A DNA stretch of 64,000 nucleotides from a virus (IMGVR_UViG_3300028048_000086:1-64000), one strand, 5' to 3'; counted from the stretch's first letter, positions 8,010 through 17,254 are shown. The notes: generated by a model not told the origin, from the letters alone. Program-made: numbers and translations.

Positions 8010-9548
8010 TTACTTTTTTTGTTCTTCTATCTGATAGCGTAGTTTCTTATCGCTATTAAGAGACGCATCGCATTTCTCGATAGCTAGATCAAGGTTAGAA
8101 TTGATGAGATTAACGATATTTTTACGCATCACTTCTTCGGATGTAGCGGTCTTGACTAAGTCATAGTACAGTTTGAGTGTGGGATAATAGCTCGGAAGCT
8201 TTATTGGTTTACTGGTACGATTCTTAGCATCATGAATTTCTCCGTTCGCATAAACTGTACGATCTCGAACATATACGGTATTTTTATCATTAATGCCTTT
8301 TTCCGCGAGCTGGGCAACCGTAGTGTTTTTATCGTATTTCGTGCCATTAATCGAAAAACCGTCTGATCCTACTTCGAGAGCATCATGAATTTCATAATCG
8401 ATAATGCCGAAATCACCTTTTTGCCCATGTTTCGTATAGTCTTTTTCGACTGGGTAGCTAGATACAAAAGTTTCTTGAGCTTTCTCTTTTATCTTGGCCA
8501 TAACGTTAGGACTCGAGATACTTATAAGATCGCCTAAGCAAACAGAACTTCCACTTTTCTCGACGCCTTTGAGCCCGAGTGCCGTCGCACGCAGATCCGT
8601 AAAGCCGATTTTGACGGACTGGTTTGCTTTCGTGCCCGTCTGGAATACGAGTGCATTATCTTCCGAAGGATCCTGGGCACGGATGACTTCTTTGAAATCA
8701 TTCAACTTGCCGCTTGCCGTCTTGTTCACCGTACCATCTGAGCGAACCACTTGGAAAGTCAACCCTGAAATCTGCCCCTTGATGCCCGGCACCTTTGCCT
8801 GATAAACAATCGCATCTCCACCATCTGGTGTATATACGGATTCTCCATATTGATTTTTGCCAATATATGACGGATCACTCGAATTATACGCCATTCCCAT
8901 GACATCATCCATCGACCAAGTAGCAAATACATCCGACAGCACGGAGTATTCATCCACTTCCAACGGATCGCTCTGACTCGTAACACCATTTCGCACGTAC
9001 GAGACAATCAAGGTATCACCAACATGAATCCCCAGACTATTGCCATTCCGCTCGTTCATTTCCGTCAACGGCGTATTGAACGCATCTGTTCCTGCCTGCA
9101 AGCTCATATTTGCAAACGTCGTCAGCGTTCCTGGGTCTTTCACATAATTATTGTGAGATCCATCAACTAATGTCTTACCATTATACGTAACATTTCCGTT
9201 ATCATCAATTTGCTCGACAGCCTGATCGACTTCTTTCTGAATGGTGGCGCGATCGGCGTCCGTATTCGTATCATTCGCCGCGTTGATGGCCTTTTCCTTC
9301 AGCGTCTTGAGGATACTCTTAGTGTCGTTCACCATGTTTCCATGAGCGGTAAGCAGCTGAATCGCAGCGTTAGCCTCGGTAGCTTCCCAAACAACGTTCT
9401 TGCCGTTACTGAGTTCACCTTTATCATCATGAACGCAGAGAAGATTTGTTTCTACTTTATTATCTTTATTAATAGAAGTAAGGTTCACGGGAATATAAGC
9501 CGCGCCCGAATTTTTGATTTCTTGAATATCTAGATTCGAAAATTTCAT
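8010..9548 (-). CDS. Chimeric flagellin-domain protein (phage N-terminus plus flagellin D1/D2 region, no D0)
   Basis: ILKTLKEKAINAANDTNTDADRATIQKEVDQAVEQIDDNGNVTYNGKTLVDGSHN and FQTGTKANQSVKIGFTDLRATALGL are flagellin N-D1 and beta-hairpin signatures of the Selenomonas type. The terminal D0 helices are absent. Confidence 0.85.
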   Translation of the reverse strand: MKFSNLDIQEIKNSGAAYIPVNLTSINKDNKVETNLLCVHDDKGELSNGKNVVWEATEANAAIQLLTAHGNMVNDTKSILKTLKEKAINAANDTNTDADRATIQKEVDQAVEQIDDNGNVTYNGKTLVDGSHNNYVKDPGTLTTFANMSLQAGTDAFNTPLTEMNERNGNSLGIHVGDTLIVSYVRNGVTSQSDPLEVDEYSVLSDVFATWSMDDVMGMAYNSSDPSYIGKNQYGESVYTPDGGDAIVYQAKVPGIKGQISGLTFQVVRSDGTVNKTASGKLNDFKEVIRAQDPSEDNALVFQTGTKANQSVKIGFTDLRATALGLKGVEKSGSSVCLGDLISISSPNVMAKIKEKAQETFVSSYPVEKDYTKHGQKGDFGIIDYEIHDALEVGSDGFSINGTKYDKNTTVAQLAEKGINDKNTVYVRDRTVYANGEIHDAKNRTSKPIKLPSYYPTLKLYYDLVKTATSEEVMRKNIVNLINSNLDLAIEKCDASLNSDKKLRYQIEEQKK

Positions 9549-9670
9549 TTGTTTTTATTCTCCATTTCTTCGATTTTCTTCGTTAGCTCTTCTACTTTTC
9601 TCTCTAATTCTTCAATACGGGTAAGCAACGCCGCCCCGTTCTTGATTTGCCTAGGATCGATTAGTGGCAT
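9545..9670 (-). CDS. Small coiled-coil protein (41 aa; below the ORF-track cut-off)
   Basis: MPLIDPRQIKNGAALLTRIEELERKVEELTKKIEEMENKNK*; its start overlaps the upstream stop (TAATG) and its stop overlaps the downstream start (ATGA). Confidence 0.65.
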   Translation of the reverse strand: MPLIDPRQIKNGAALLTRIEELERKVEELTKKIEEMENKNK

Positions 9671-10665
9671 TATCCCTTACCCTCTTCCTTGCTGTCTTTA
9701 TTTTCTTCTGAGCTCCCAGAACCTTCCGTAGGAGATGGCGGCTCTGACGACGTAGAATCTCCGTTCTTATCATCTGACGGCTTATCTTCTGATGGAGAAG
9801 TTTCTTCCGACCCTTCTTTATCGGATCCCGACGACTCTTTCATGCCATCGCCGCCTTCCGAGGAAGAACTGGAAGAGTCACCTTCTGAAGGCTTGTCTTC
9901 TGTTCCCGACGTTTCTCCACCCGTAGGAGTATCAGAACCTTCGCCCGGCTTTTCACTTTCACCGGTACCGGAAGACTCTTCTCCACTCTTGCTATCTTCT
10001 CCACTCTTGCTATCTTCTCCAGAAGAAGAATCTGGCGGCGTGCTTTCTCCCGTGCCGCCTTCGCCGGAAGTTTCTTTCCCGCCGGTTCCGCTTTCTTCCG
10101 AAGAACCGGTACCCTCAGAAGAACCCGAAGACGTTCCTTCTCCGGTTCCAGTTCCACCTTCACCGGTCCCTCCGGATGAAGAAGTTCCACCCGATTCGGT
10201 TCCGCCAGAAGTCTCTTCTGACTTATCTATCTTCTCGTCCTTCGAATAGCTGTATTCAAAAACGACGTTCATATCACTGAGTTGAAAGCCTTCCGTAGAT
10301 TCTTCCGTATTCGTCCATTTGACGGTATTCGTATCTGCGTCGTACGTATAAAAAACGTCCGCTCCGTTGTTCCCGTTAAAGTAACGGAGACCGTCGATGA
10401 ATAGCTTGATTTTCCCGACCGGGATATGCGTCAACTGGAAATCTGTACGGTTCTCGCCTTCCGCTACCGAGAAGACATCTTCAAATTCTTTGACGATAGA
10501 TTTTGAGTCTCCGATTTCGATGTCTTTTGAACCATCGAACTCAACACCGTTGATCTTTACCGTTTTCTCTAAAGCTTTCGCTTTCCTGGCTACAAATTCG
10601 CTTCGAAGATAATTCATCGTAGTCTTCAGATGTTTTAGCTGCAAGACTCCCGAAATTTTTGCCAT
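9670..10665 (-). CDS. Fibre-associated protein with long Ser/Gly/Glu/Thr-rich tail
   Basis: KINGVEFDGSKDI fibre motif (also in 11972..14401), the shared beta module, then ~185 aa of low-complexity sequence including an 18-bp tandem duplication near 9977-10020. Confidence 0.65.
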   Translation of the reverse strand: MAKISGVLQLKHLKTTMNYLRSEFVARKAKALEKTVKINGVEFDGSKDIEIGDSKSIVKEFEDVFSVAEGENRTDFQLTHIPVGKIKLFIDGLRYFNGNNGADVFYTYDADTNTVKWTNTEESTEGFQLSDMNVVFEYSYSKDEKIDKSEETSGGTESGGTSSSGGTGEGGTGTGEGTSSGSSEGTGSSEESGTGGKETSGEGGTGESTPPDSSSGEDSKSGEDSKSGEESSGTGESEKPGEGSDTPTGGETSGTEDKPSEGDSSSSSSEGGDGMKESSGSDKEGSEETSPSEDKPSDDKNGDSTSSEPPSPTEGSGSSEENKDSKEEGKG

Positions 10666-10688
10666 CGATATTTCACCCCTACTTAGTA

Positions 10689-10719
10689 AAGAACGGAGAC
10701 TATAGCAGCCTCCGTTCTT
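10689..10719 (-). terminator. Intergenic hairpin / probable terminator
   Basis: Stem AAGAACGGAG/CTCCGTTCTT between 10726..11427 and 9670..10665; T-tract is short. Confidence 0.5.
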
Positions 10720-10725
10720 ACGACA

Positions 10726-11427
10726 TTATTTCCTGAGAACATCATCAACATCTTCATCCGAGGCTGCGCTGACGAATTCTTCATTTGCAGGCACCCATTC
10801 ATCTTCCGATGAATGACTTCCGCCATACGGAAGCGCTGTCTCTCTCAAGACACTCGAGACTTCTTCATCGGTAGCGTAACTGATGTAATCAGAATCAAGT
10901 GTCGGAGTCCAAGACTCGGGAGCCTCGCCAATCATGTCATCGATATCTTTATCCGTAGCTAGGTCAACATATTCATGAGCTCCTGGAACCCACTTCATCG
11001 TGTCTTCTATGTTGACGTGGTACAAGAAATAGACTTCATCGGCAAAGTTCTTATCTAGCTCGATGTCTCTCTTCCAGACTACCTGTCGAGATTCACGATC
11101 AACGGTAAAATCGTCGCCCTCGACGTACGTGAAGTTATTGACTAGAAGCAGTACGTTCCACGCGTTCGGAGTCTGATTCAGAGTGAAATTCTTCGTCGAA
11201 AATCTAGTGAGCTTAAATTTATCTAACTGGTCTCTTTCTCCGTGAGTCGGATGCCCCCAGATGCTTCCTTCTTTTTGGAGAATAGCTAGAATATCAGCAA
11301 TTGCTTTTTCTGATAGAATTCTGTCTTCTTGCGGAGTATCTGAGGGTTTTTGGAGTACCTCATCCATGTGGACGAGATCTCTTCCATACAGTAGTTCGTG
11401 TATGGTTTTAGAAAGGGAAACATCCAT
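10726..11427 (-). CDS. Fibre-associated protein
   Basis: Shared module FTLNQTP...LLVNN...EGDDFTVDR; DRILSEKAI matches DKVLSEKAV of 3707..5050; acidic A(T/S)D-D/E-(I/V) repeats at the C-terminus. Confidence 0.6.
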   Translation of the reverse strand: MDVSLSKTIHELLYGRDLVHMDEVLQKPSDTPQEDRILSEKAIADILAILQKEGSIWGHPTHGERDQLDKFKLTRFSTKNFTLNQTPNAWNVLLLVNNFTYVEGDDFTVDRESRQVVWKRDIELDKNFADEVYFLYHVNIEDTMKWVPGAHEYVDLATDKDIDDMIGEAPESWTPTLDSDYISYATDEEVSSVLRETALPYGGSHSSEDEWVPANEEFVSAASDEDVDDVLRK

Positions 11428-11449
11428 TTGATTTTCGTCCCCCTTCTAG

Positions 11450-11644
11450 TTATTTATTTTCTGTCTGCGCTTCTGATTCCGTTTTATTCGCTCTAGACTC
11501 AATCCCTAGCGGATCATCTTTCGAAACTTCAACCCCATGATTCGGGCAGCTTTCGTTTTCGCAGATATAATGAATTTGGTCTGCCTGCTGAACCAGACGA
11601 TGCCCGCACAGCTTGCAGCGCTTCGGAAGAGAGAAATTAAGCAT
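11450..11644 (-). CDS. Small Zn-ribbon protein (64 aa)
   Basis: MLNFSLPKRCKLCG...CENESCPNH with CxxC and CxxxxC motifs; ATG at 11644 overlaps the end of the upstream gene. The track start at 11752 is probably too long. Confidence 0.6.
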   Translation of the reverse strand: MLNFSLPKRCKLCGHRLVQQADQIHYICENESCPNHGVEVSKDDPLGIESRANKTESEAQTENK

Positions 11645-11975
11645 TTGTCTGCCCCTCCTTGTTAGCTTCTTCGATACTGACAGACGAAATAAGCTCAGCG
11701 TAGGAATCCTGAAGTTCCTTGATAAGCTCTTCGTCATTCTGGAGCTGGGCAAGTGCCATCTGGCGCATCAGCTCTTCTTTCGCTTCCACGAAAGCTTTTT
11801 CCGTCTCTTTCTTTTCATCGACGGGTTCTTCGACTTCTTCTACGGGAGGAATGAAGTCATCGGCAACTTCCTCCCAGCCGACGAAGTATTTTGCCTTCGC
11901 CTTATCTGAATAGTATTTATCTCCCCACGGAGCTTCGCTCTGGAGAACTTTCGTATTTACGTTATAATACATCAT
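11637..11975 (-). CDS. Putative tail fibre assembly/chaperone protein
   Basis: 112 aa, acidic, helical C-terminus, translationally coupled directly downstream of the fibre gene. Confidence 0.5.
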   Translation of the reverse strand: MMYYNVNTKVLQSEAPWGDKYYSDKAKAKYFVGWEEVADDFIPPVEEVEEPVDEKKETEKAFVEAKEELMRQMALAQLQNDEELIKELQDSYAELISSVSIEEANKEGQTNA

Positions 11976-14401
11976 AGCCAGTACTCATCCTCCACCTGAT
12001 CATCGATTCTCGCGTAGCAACCGACATAGCCGCTGTCTTTCCACGCGCCTTCCGTATAGCAGATATGATTGCCAACGTAGGCATCGATTGTCTGCATATA
12101 GCCGTTGATCTGTGAACCGACTCTCATGACACCGTAGTGATCCGTTTCCGAAGGAGCGACGAAACCATAAGACGGATAAACTTCCTTCATGCGGTTATCG
12201 TTCGGGCCTTCGCAGTAAACGAATTTCGTCTCGACGTTGTAGCGGCGGAACGGATTCGGCCACGAAACGATGCTTGTCGCCGGATCCAGCTTCGTGTTAT
12301 TGACCCAACGCCAGCCGAGGAACCTCCAGCGGTTGCCGAAGAACTCTCTTTCACGACGGCCGATATAATACGAAGAATCATCGTACATATAGATATCATC
12401 TTCATCGGCACGGCAGTAAGCGAGAACGAGTTCGTTGTTCGGATCCGTAACGTCCTCGATAATCGAGCTCATACCCTTCTTGAAGACCTGATGATAGATC
12501 GTGCTGATTTCGCCTTCGCCGAGAGCTCTCGGAACATACATGAAGTACGACATGTATCCTTTGAAATCATTGTCCGTCGTCATGTCCTTGTTATACGTAC
12601 CAAGAGAAATAGTGTCATTCGCGACGACTTTCTTCCAGTACGAATTCTGGCGCTTTGCCGTGATGCCATTCAGGAAGAACGTGAATTCCTGGTCCGTAAC
12701 CGTAATAGCAACGAAGTTGTCTTTGCCCGGCGTCGGCTTCAGGCCGGAAGTCACCCACTGGGAACCATTCGTACGGCCGCACCAGAAGGAAAGACCTGCC
12801 GCGTTATTAACGTTGATCGTGTCATCGCCTTCCGGATTCGAGCACGAGAACAGGAATTCTTCCGTATTCGTCGAGCCAACGATACGGTTTCTTTTGTCAA
12901 TGGCATCCGGATTGATGACGGCCATGATCGTGAATTCCTTCGGCATGATGATATTCGCCGAAGACGTAGCGAAATGGCCGCCTCCGCCGGCGAAGAAGAA
13001 TTCATTGCCGAGTCCGTTGCGGTTCACGCGAGTCGTAATGCCGGAAACAGAGCCATCGAATTTCTCTATATCGTCGAACGTGTATTCGATCTTGTCATCA
13101 TACTGAAGCGTCTTCGGATACGCGACAGTCTGTTTGTTATAAGAGTTGAAGAACAGGTAACGGTTATGGAAAGCGGAAACCTCATCGGCGCGGCGAATGT
13201 TGTGGCTGATTTCCAGGAAGCTGTAAACTGCTGCGCAGGGTTCGCCGGAATCAGCGTTCTTGCCGAGACGAACCGGAACCGTCTTATCCGGAGCCGGGAA
13301 AGCACGATTGCTATCGTGCGCAAGTTCCTGACCATTGACGAAAACGCTCCAGCGATTTCTCGCGAGATCATTCTGAATCGTAATCATGAACGGCTCATGT
13401 GGCTCTACTTTGAAGTTCAGACGATATGTGTCAACGTAAAGATCGCCATTCGCATCCGTACGAATCCGATACGTATCTTCCTTCGACATACGGAAGATTT
13501 CCTGAACAGCGTACGGATTATCGAGAGCGCAGATCAGCGTGATCTCGCCATCGACGTTGCCCGTGAGCATCGTCGCCGGATAATTGGCATCCGGGTCAAG
13601 ATCGACGTAGGAATCTTTGTTACCCATCGTATGAATACCGTAATCCGCGTAGCCATCGATCGAGAAAGAGCCATGCGGAATGAACGAGCAGTCTTCCGCA
13701 AGCTTGCTGATGCCGTAAGCTAGGTTCTGGAAATGCTCGCCGGAAAGTCTCGCGTTGAAGACCCAACATCCAATCGTATTATTGTTGATAAGATCGGACG
13801 TTCTGTAACCAGAGATTTCATGCTTCTTCAGCGTCGCATCTGCTTGAAGCGTAATCAACGCAGCAGATCTCTTAGAAATATCGATCGTGCCGCTGTTAAA
13901 TGTAATGTTGCGACCGCCGATAATCGCGTGGCCGGAGGAAACCGTCATCGTATGACCATCAATGCCGGAAACTTTCAGGCCATCAACGATGTAGCTCTTG
14001 CGGTCAACGCTGTCCGTCGAGATATTGATATCGTGCGTTCCATCGAATTCAACGCCATTGATCTGGACAGCTTTTTTGAGTTTCTCAGCGGTATGCGCAT
14101 CACCGACCGTGCGGATTGCCCACGTAATGCCGCCATCTTCCACAGTCTTGTCGCTATTGATTTTTATAACTGTTCCAGAAACAGCTTGGTTACTGGCAAC
14201 TGCGGTGCATTCCAGATACTGATTTGTTCTCAGCGCTGGATCGTAAGCGATATCGCCGACTCTATAATGAACGTTCGGCTGACGAAGATTTACTTTCGCT
14301 AGCCAAGAATCAAGGCCGTCTACCAGCTTCGCCTTTGTCGCGGGATAGGCTTTCTGATAGGAACTGCCAACCTTGACCTCCATCGTGCCTTCGAATGCCA
14401 T
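11972..14401 (-). CDS. Tail fibre / receptor-binding protein with two LamG (ConA-like) domains
   Basis: 809 aa; INGVEFDGTHDINI fibre motif; two beta-sandwich regions ending LEISHNIRRADEV and FKGYMSYFMYVPRALGEGEI; the second contains FTIMAVIN...FVAITV...FFLNG. Confidence 0.7.
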   Translation of the reverse strand: MAFEGTMEVKVGSSYQKAYPATKAKLVDGLDSWLAKVNLRQPNVHYRVGDIAYDPALRTNQYLECTAVASNQAVSGTVIKINSDKTVEDGGITWAIRTVGDAHTAEKLKKAVQINGVEFDGTHDINISTDSVDRKSYIVDGLKVSGIDGHTMTVSSGHAIIGGRNITFNSGTIDISKRSAALITLQADATLKKHEISGYRTSDLINNNTIGCWVFNARLSGEHFQNLAYGISKLAEDCSFIPHGSFSIDGYADYGIHTMGNKDSYVDLDPDANYPATMLTGNVDGEITLICALDNPYAVQEIFRMSKEDTYRIRTDANGDLYVDTYRLNFKVEPHEPFMITIQNDLARNRWSVFVNGQELAHDSNRAFPAPDKTVPVRLGKNADSGEPCAAVYSFLEISHNIRRADEVSAFHNRYLFFNSYNKQTVAYPKTLQYDDKIEYTFDDIEKFDGSVSGITTRVNRNGLGNEFFFAGGGGHFATSSANIIMPKEFTIMAVINPDAIDKRNRIVGSTNTEEFLFSCSNPEGDDTINVNNAAGLSFWCGRTNGSQWVTSGLKPTPGKDNFVAITVTDQEFTFFLNGITAKRQNSYWKKVVANDTISLGTYNKDMTTDNDFKGYMSYFMYVPRALGEGEISTIYHQVFKKGMSSIIEDVTDPNNELVLAYCRADEDDIYMYDDSSYYIGRREREFFGNRWRFLGWRWVNNTKLDPATSIVSWPNPFRRYNVETKFVYCEGPNDNRMKEVYPSYGFVAPSETDHYGVMRVGSQINGYMQTIDAYVGNHICYTEGAWKDSGYVGCYARIDDQVEDEYWL

Positions 14402-14415
14402 GTTTTTACCTGCCT

Positions 14416-14784
14416 TTACTTCTGTTGATCAGATTTCTTATAAATATCCGCGCTGTGATAGAACGCGGTAATCGTATCATACTCTTCCTTCGATACGTAT
14501 TGCTTCAGATGGGCAATCGTATACATATTAGGAATTCCAACTTGCTCATCAGAATCATTACCGCGAATTCTACTAATTATAGCTGAGCTTTGGTCTACGT
14601 CGTCATTTCTGATGACGAATTCTGTCTCGGAACTTCCGGTCGTAGCATTGCCGACCGCAGGGGTTCCGGAGACCATTTGCCCTGAAAGTTCATTGCGAAG
14701 ACTGTCAATGCTATTCTGAGTTTCACTCTTCAATGCATCAAGCGCATCTTGAAGCCCGGCTACTTGAGGAATCGCATTACTCAT
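14416..14784 (-). CDS. Hypothetical fibre-associated protein
   Basis: IPQVAGLQDALDAL fibre-repeat-like motif; GGAGG RBS. Confidence 0.5.
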   Translation of the reverse strand: MSNAIPQVAGLQDALDALKSETQNSIDSLRNELSGQMVSGTPAVGNATTGSSETEFVIRNDDVDQSSAIISRIRGNDSDEQVGIPNMYTIAHLKQYVSKEEYDTITAFYHSADIYKKSDQQK

Positions 14785-14806
14785 TTCCTTCCTCCTTCTT
14801 TATTTA

Positions 14807-15259
14807 TCAAATAGGAACAACTTCTATAGATAAGTTCTTGATGTCATTTTCCTTGACCCGCACTGTCTTATCGTCAATGCGGAACTTCAAAGTGAAATCA
14901 AGATAGTTTTCTTTATTCTCGGCCTCGACGCCGTTATTCTTTTTCCCTGAAACGTATTTGGATCTAGGAATCGAGAATATGGCATTCTTACCGGCGACGC
15001 TCGCCGGAATTTCTTCTGTACCAAGAAACATTGTGCAGTACGGAAGGAGAACTGAATCCTCGTAGCAATCAAAAGAGAGACGCAGGGCGAAGTTCTTCAG
15101 ATCTTCAACATCTTCAGATCCATAACGGTTATTCCATAAACGAAGATACACGACAATCGGCGAGTATAACGAGTACGTTCCGACATATTTTTCATCTTCT
15201 GCCGCGTATTTGTTTTCTTCATCAATCTGTACGTACCAGATAAGCTTCGGTTGATCCAT
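14807..15259 (-). CDS. Hypothetical baseplate/tail protein
   Basis: 150 aa, beta-rich, LWNN motif; co-oriented and closely packed in the baseplate cluster. Confidence 0.55.
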   Translation of the reverse strand: MDQPKLIWYVQIDEENKYAAEDEKYVGTYSLYSPIVVYLRLWNNRYGSEDVEDLKNFALRLSFDCYEDSVLLPYCTMFLGTEEIPASVAGKNAIFSIPRSKYVSGKKNNGVEAENKENYLDFTLKFRIDDKTVRVKENDIKNLSIEVVPI

Positions 15260-15262
15260 AGA

Positions 15263-17254
15263 TTATCGCCTCCCGAAGATGAATCCGGTAACGTAGATCG
15301 TATTTCCGGAAATCGCTAGTTCAGGACTCAAGTCAATTCGAAGTCCTTTTTCCGTATTGGCTAGCGTGTAGTCAACGGAACGAATCAGCATACGGTTATC
15401 TGACTTGCTTAAGAGATGAACTTGAATGAAGTCCGTATCTTTCGCGTCCTGGATCGGTGTCACCGCCGTCGCATTCATCGAGATGTCAATCACGCTATTA
15501 ATAAGCCCATTGATAACATCATCGTCGATATTGTCTCTTTTGACTTCTTTAACAGCGATCTTGCGTTCCTTGATCTTGTTGATCACCTGGTCTTGCGTAT
15601 CCAGCCTTTGATCGATAGAATCGAGCTGCCCGGATACTAGATCTGACTGCTTTTTGATGTCATCGGCATTCTTATCGATGTCTGCACGGAGTTTCTTGAT
15701 ATCGTTAAAAGTGTCGTCCATCAACTGAGAAATTTGATCGTAACTCCAGACCTGCTTCGTCAGCTTATGCTCAACAAGCTGCCCGACATTCAGAGGCTTC
15801 TTGACCTTGAAAAAGTGGCTGAGATATTTCTCGCTCTTTTTCTGTTCATCTGTCGGCACGAATTGGTTATCCAGTAATTCCTGAATTTCGATATCAGGAG
15901 AAAGGCGAAGGCCATCGACAAAAACTTCAAGCTGTTTTCCTCCGACAACGTAGGGATATTCTGTTTTGAAAATCTGATCTTTATTCGTTTCCGTCATATA
16001 ATCATGATTTTCATTGATGAATATCGCTGCTCTCTGGAACGTCTCTACGATCGGAGACGTGCGAACTCTATGATTTACGACGAGCTGGAGATATGTAGGG
16101 TGAGCTAGCGGTTTCTTCAGCCGGAATCCGATGCCCTGAGCGAGATAAGATGGAGCTCCGGGAGCGCCCTCGGAAATGATTTCGGTGAACTGGTCCTGCA
16201 TAAGGGTCGCGTTATCGACGAAGACTTCGAGAGCATTCGTATTCGGAACGAATCTTAGATTAATATCCTCTTTATCGAACAAGAACGTCTGATTATCGAG
16301 CGGCCATGTTTCCGGTGTCCACATTTTCGTTTCTCGCATCGTGACGGTTGAAAAGTCATTGACCTGTTGCCACCCCCAGATGCCGTTCTTCTGACGATAA
16401 ATCAGCAGAACTTCGTGTTCGATGTCATACCAGAAGTCATTTTCTTGCGGCTCTTCCGGCTCCTGAAGATAAATCTCATGAGGCTCTTCATAGAGCTTGC
16501 CATTGATATATAGACGATTCTTTTTGTCTACGTAGACACGGCGGTAAGAGCGATGGTTTGTATAGATACGAGCCGTAACTTTCTCACCGATCTGCCAGTG
16601 AATTGTACCGATCATCATGTAGCCCTTGTCATAATCTTCAAGGTCTACGTGAGACGGGTTCGACGCCACGATGCTTTTCTGGTACTTATAAGTGCCATCC
16701 GAGTTTAATAGAATGGCATCGACTCGGTCGCTCGTTACGAAGTAATCGAACGTGAGTTCTTTACCTCTCCAGTATTCCGGTTGATTGATATAGATAATAT
16801 CGCCGGAAATCTGAAGATATGGGACGTTCTTGCCTTCCAAGGCGCACATGATATGAAATTCTTTTTTACTGGGAATTTCTGTATCATACGGTGGAACGTA
16901 TTTTACGAGAGCCTTCTTTGACGGAGAGTACGGCTTATTCGCCAACCTCATGATTCCGTCTTCTGGGCAGATCAGTTTCTCTTGCACCGTGATGCATTCC
17001 GGAGCTCCGACGCTGAATGTTGTCTCCGGAATGATTTCTTCGCTTCCATCAACTGTAACGATACGTCCCTGGGAAACATTGACTTTGAAATTTTCAAGAT
17101 CGACCGAAATGTCGAATCCATCGATGATTCCAACGCCGCCGACGCAAGCACGTTCATCTTTGATCCACTGGTCTACGACATCGAAATTGTCATTGATGTC
17201 TTTTGCGCGGATGCCCGGAGTGAAGTCCAGTTTTACGAGCTTATTGTTCGCCAC
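15263..17254 (-). CDS. Baseplate/fibre-attachment structural protein
   Basis: 663 aa; DINDNFD...GVGIIDGFDI...VSQGRIV N-terminus typical of baseplate-distal proteins; two LEVFVD(N/G) modules; coiled coil. Confidence 0.55.
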   Translation of the reverse strand: MANNKLVKLDFTPGIRAKDINDNFDVVDQWIKDERACVGGVGIIDGFDISVDLENFKVNVSQGRIVTVDGSEEIIPETTFSVGAPECITVQEKLICPEDGIMRLANKPYSPSKKALVKYVPPYDTEIPSKKEFHIMCALEGKNVPYLQISGDIIYINQPEYWRGKELTFDYFVTSDRVDAILLNSDGTYKYQKSIVASNPSHVDLEDYDKGYMMIGTIHWQIGEKVTARIYTNHRSYRRVYVDKKNRLYINGKLYEEPHEIYLQEPEEPQENDFWYDIEHEVLLIYRQKNGIWGWQQVNDFSTVTMRETKMWTPETWPLDNQTFLFDKEDINLRFVPNTNALEVFVDNATLMQDQFTEIISEGAPGAPSYLAQGIGFRLKKPLAHPTYLQLVVNHRVRTSPIVETFQRAAIFINENHDYMTETNKDQIFKTEYPYVVGGKQLEVFVDGLRLSPDIEIQELLDNQFVPTDEQKKSEKYLSHFFKVKKPLNVGQLVEHKLTKQVWSYDQISQLMDDTFNDIKKLRADIDKNADDIKKQSDLVSGQLDSIDQRLDTQDQVINKIKERKIAVKEVKRDNIDDDVINGLINSVIDISMNATAVTPIQDAKDTDFIQVHLLSKSDNRMLIRSVDYTLANTEKGLRIDLSPELAISGNTIYVTGFIFGRR

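Noticed and set aside
8010-9548. Functional fliC, or evidence that the window is bacterial chromosome
   Set aside because: The D0 termini are missing, no other flagellar genes are present, and the gene is coupled to phage structural genes.
9689-10249. Ser/Pro-rich plus-strand ORF
   Set aside because: Mirror of the Gly/Glu/Ser low-complexity tract of 9670..10665.
12137-13723. 528-aa plus-strand ORF (likewise 3851..4948, 6620..7132, 62645..63496 and many shorter ones)
   Set aside because: These are antisense shadows of well-supported minus-strand genes. Their Arg/Ile/Val-rich composition reflects the sense-strand codon bias, and they show no recognisable motifs.
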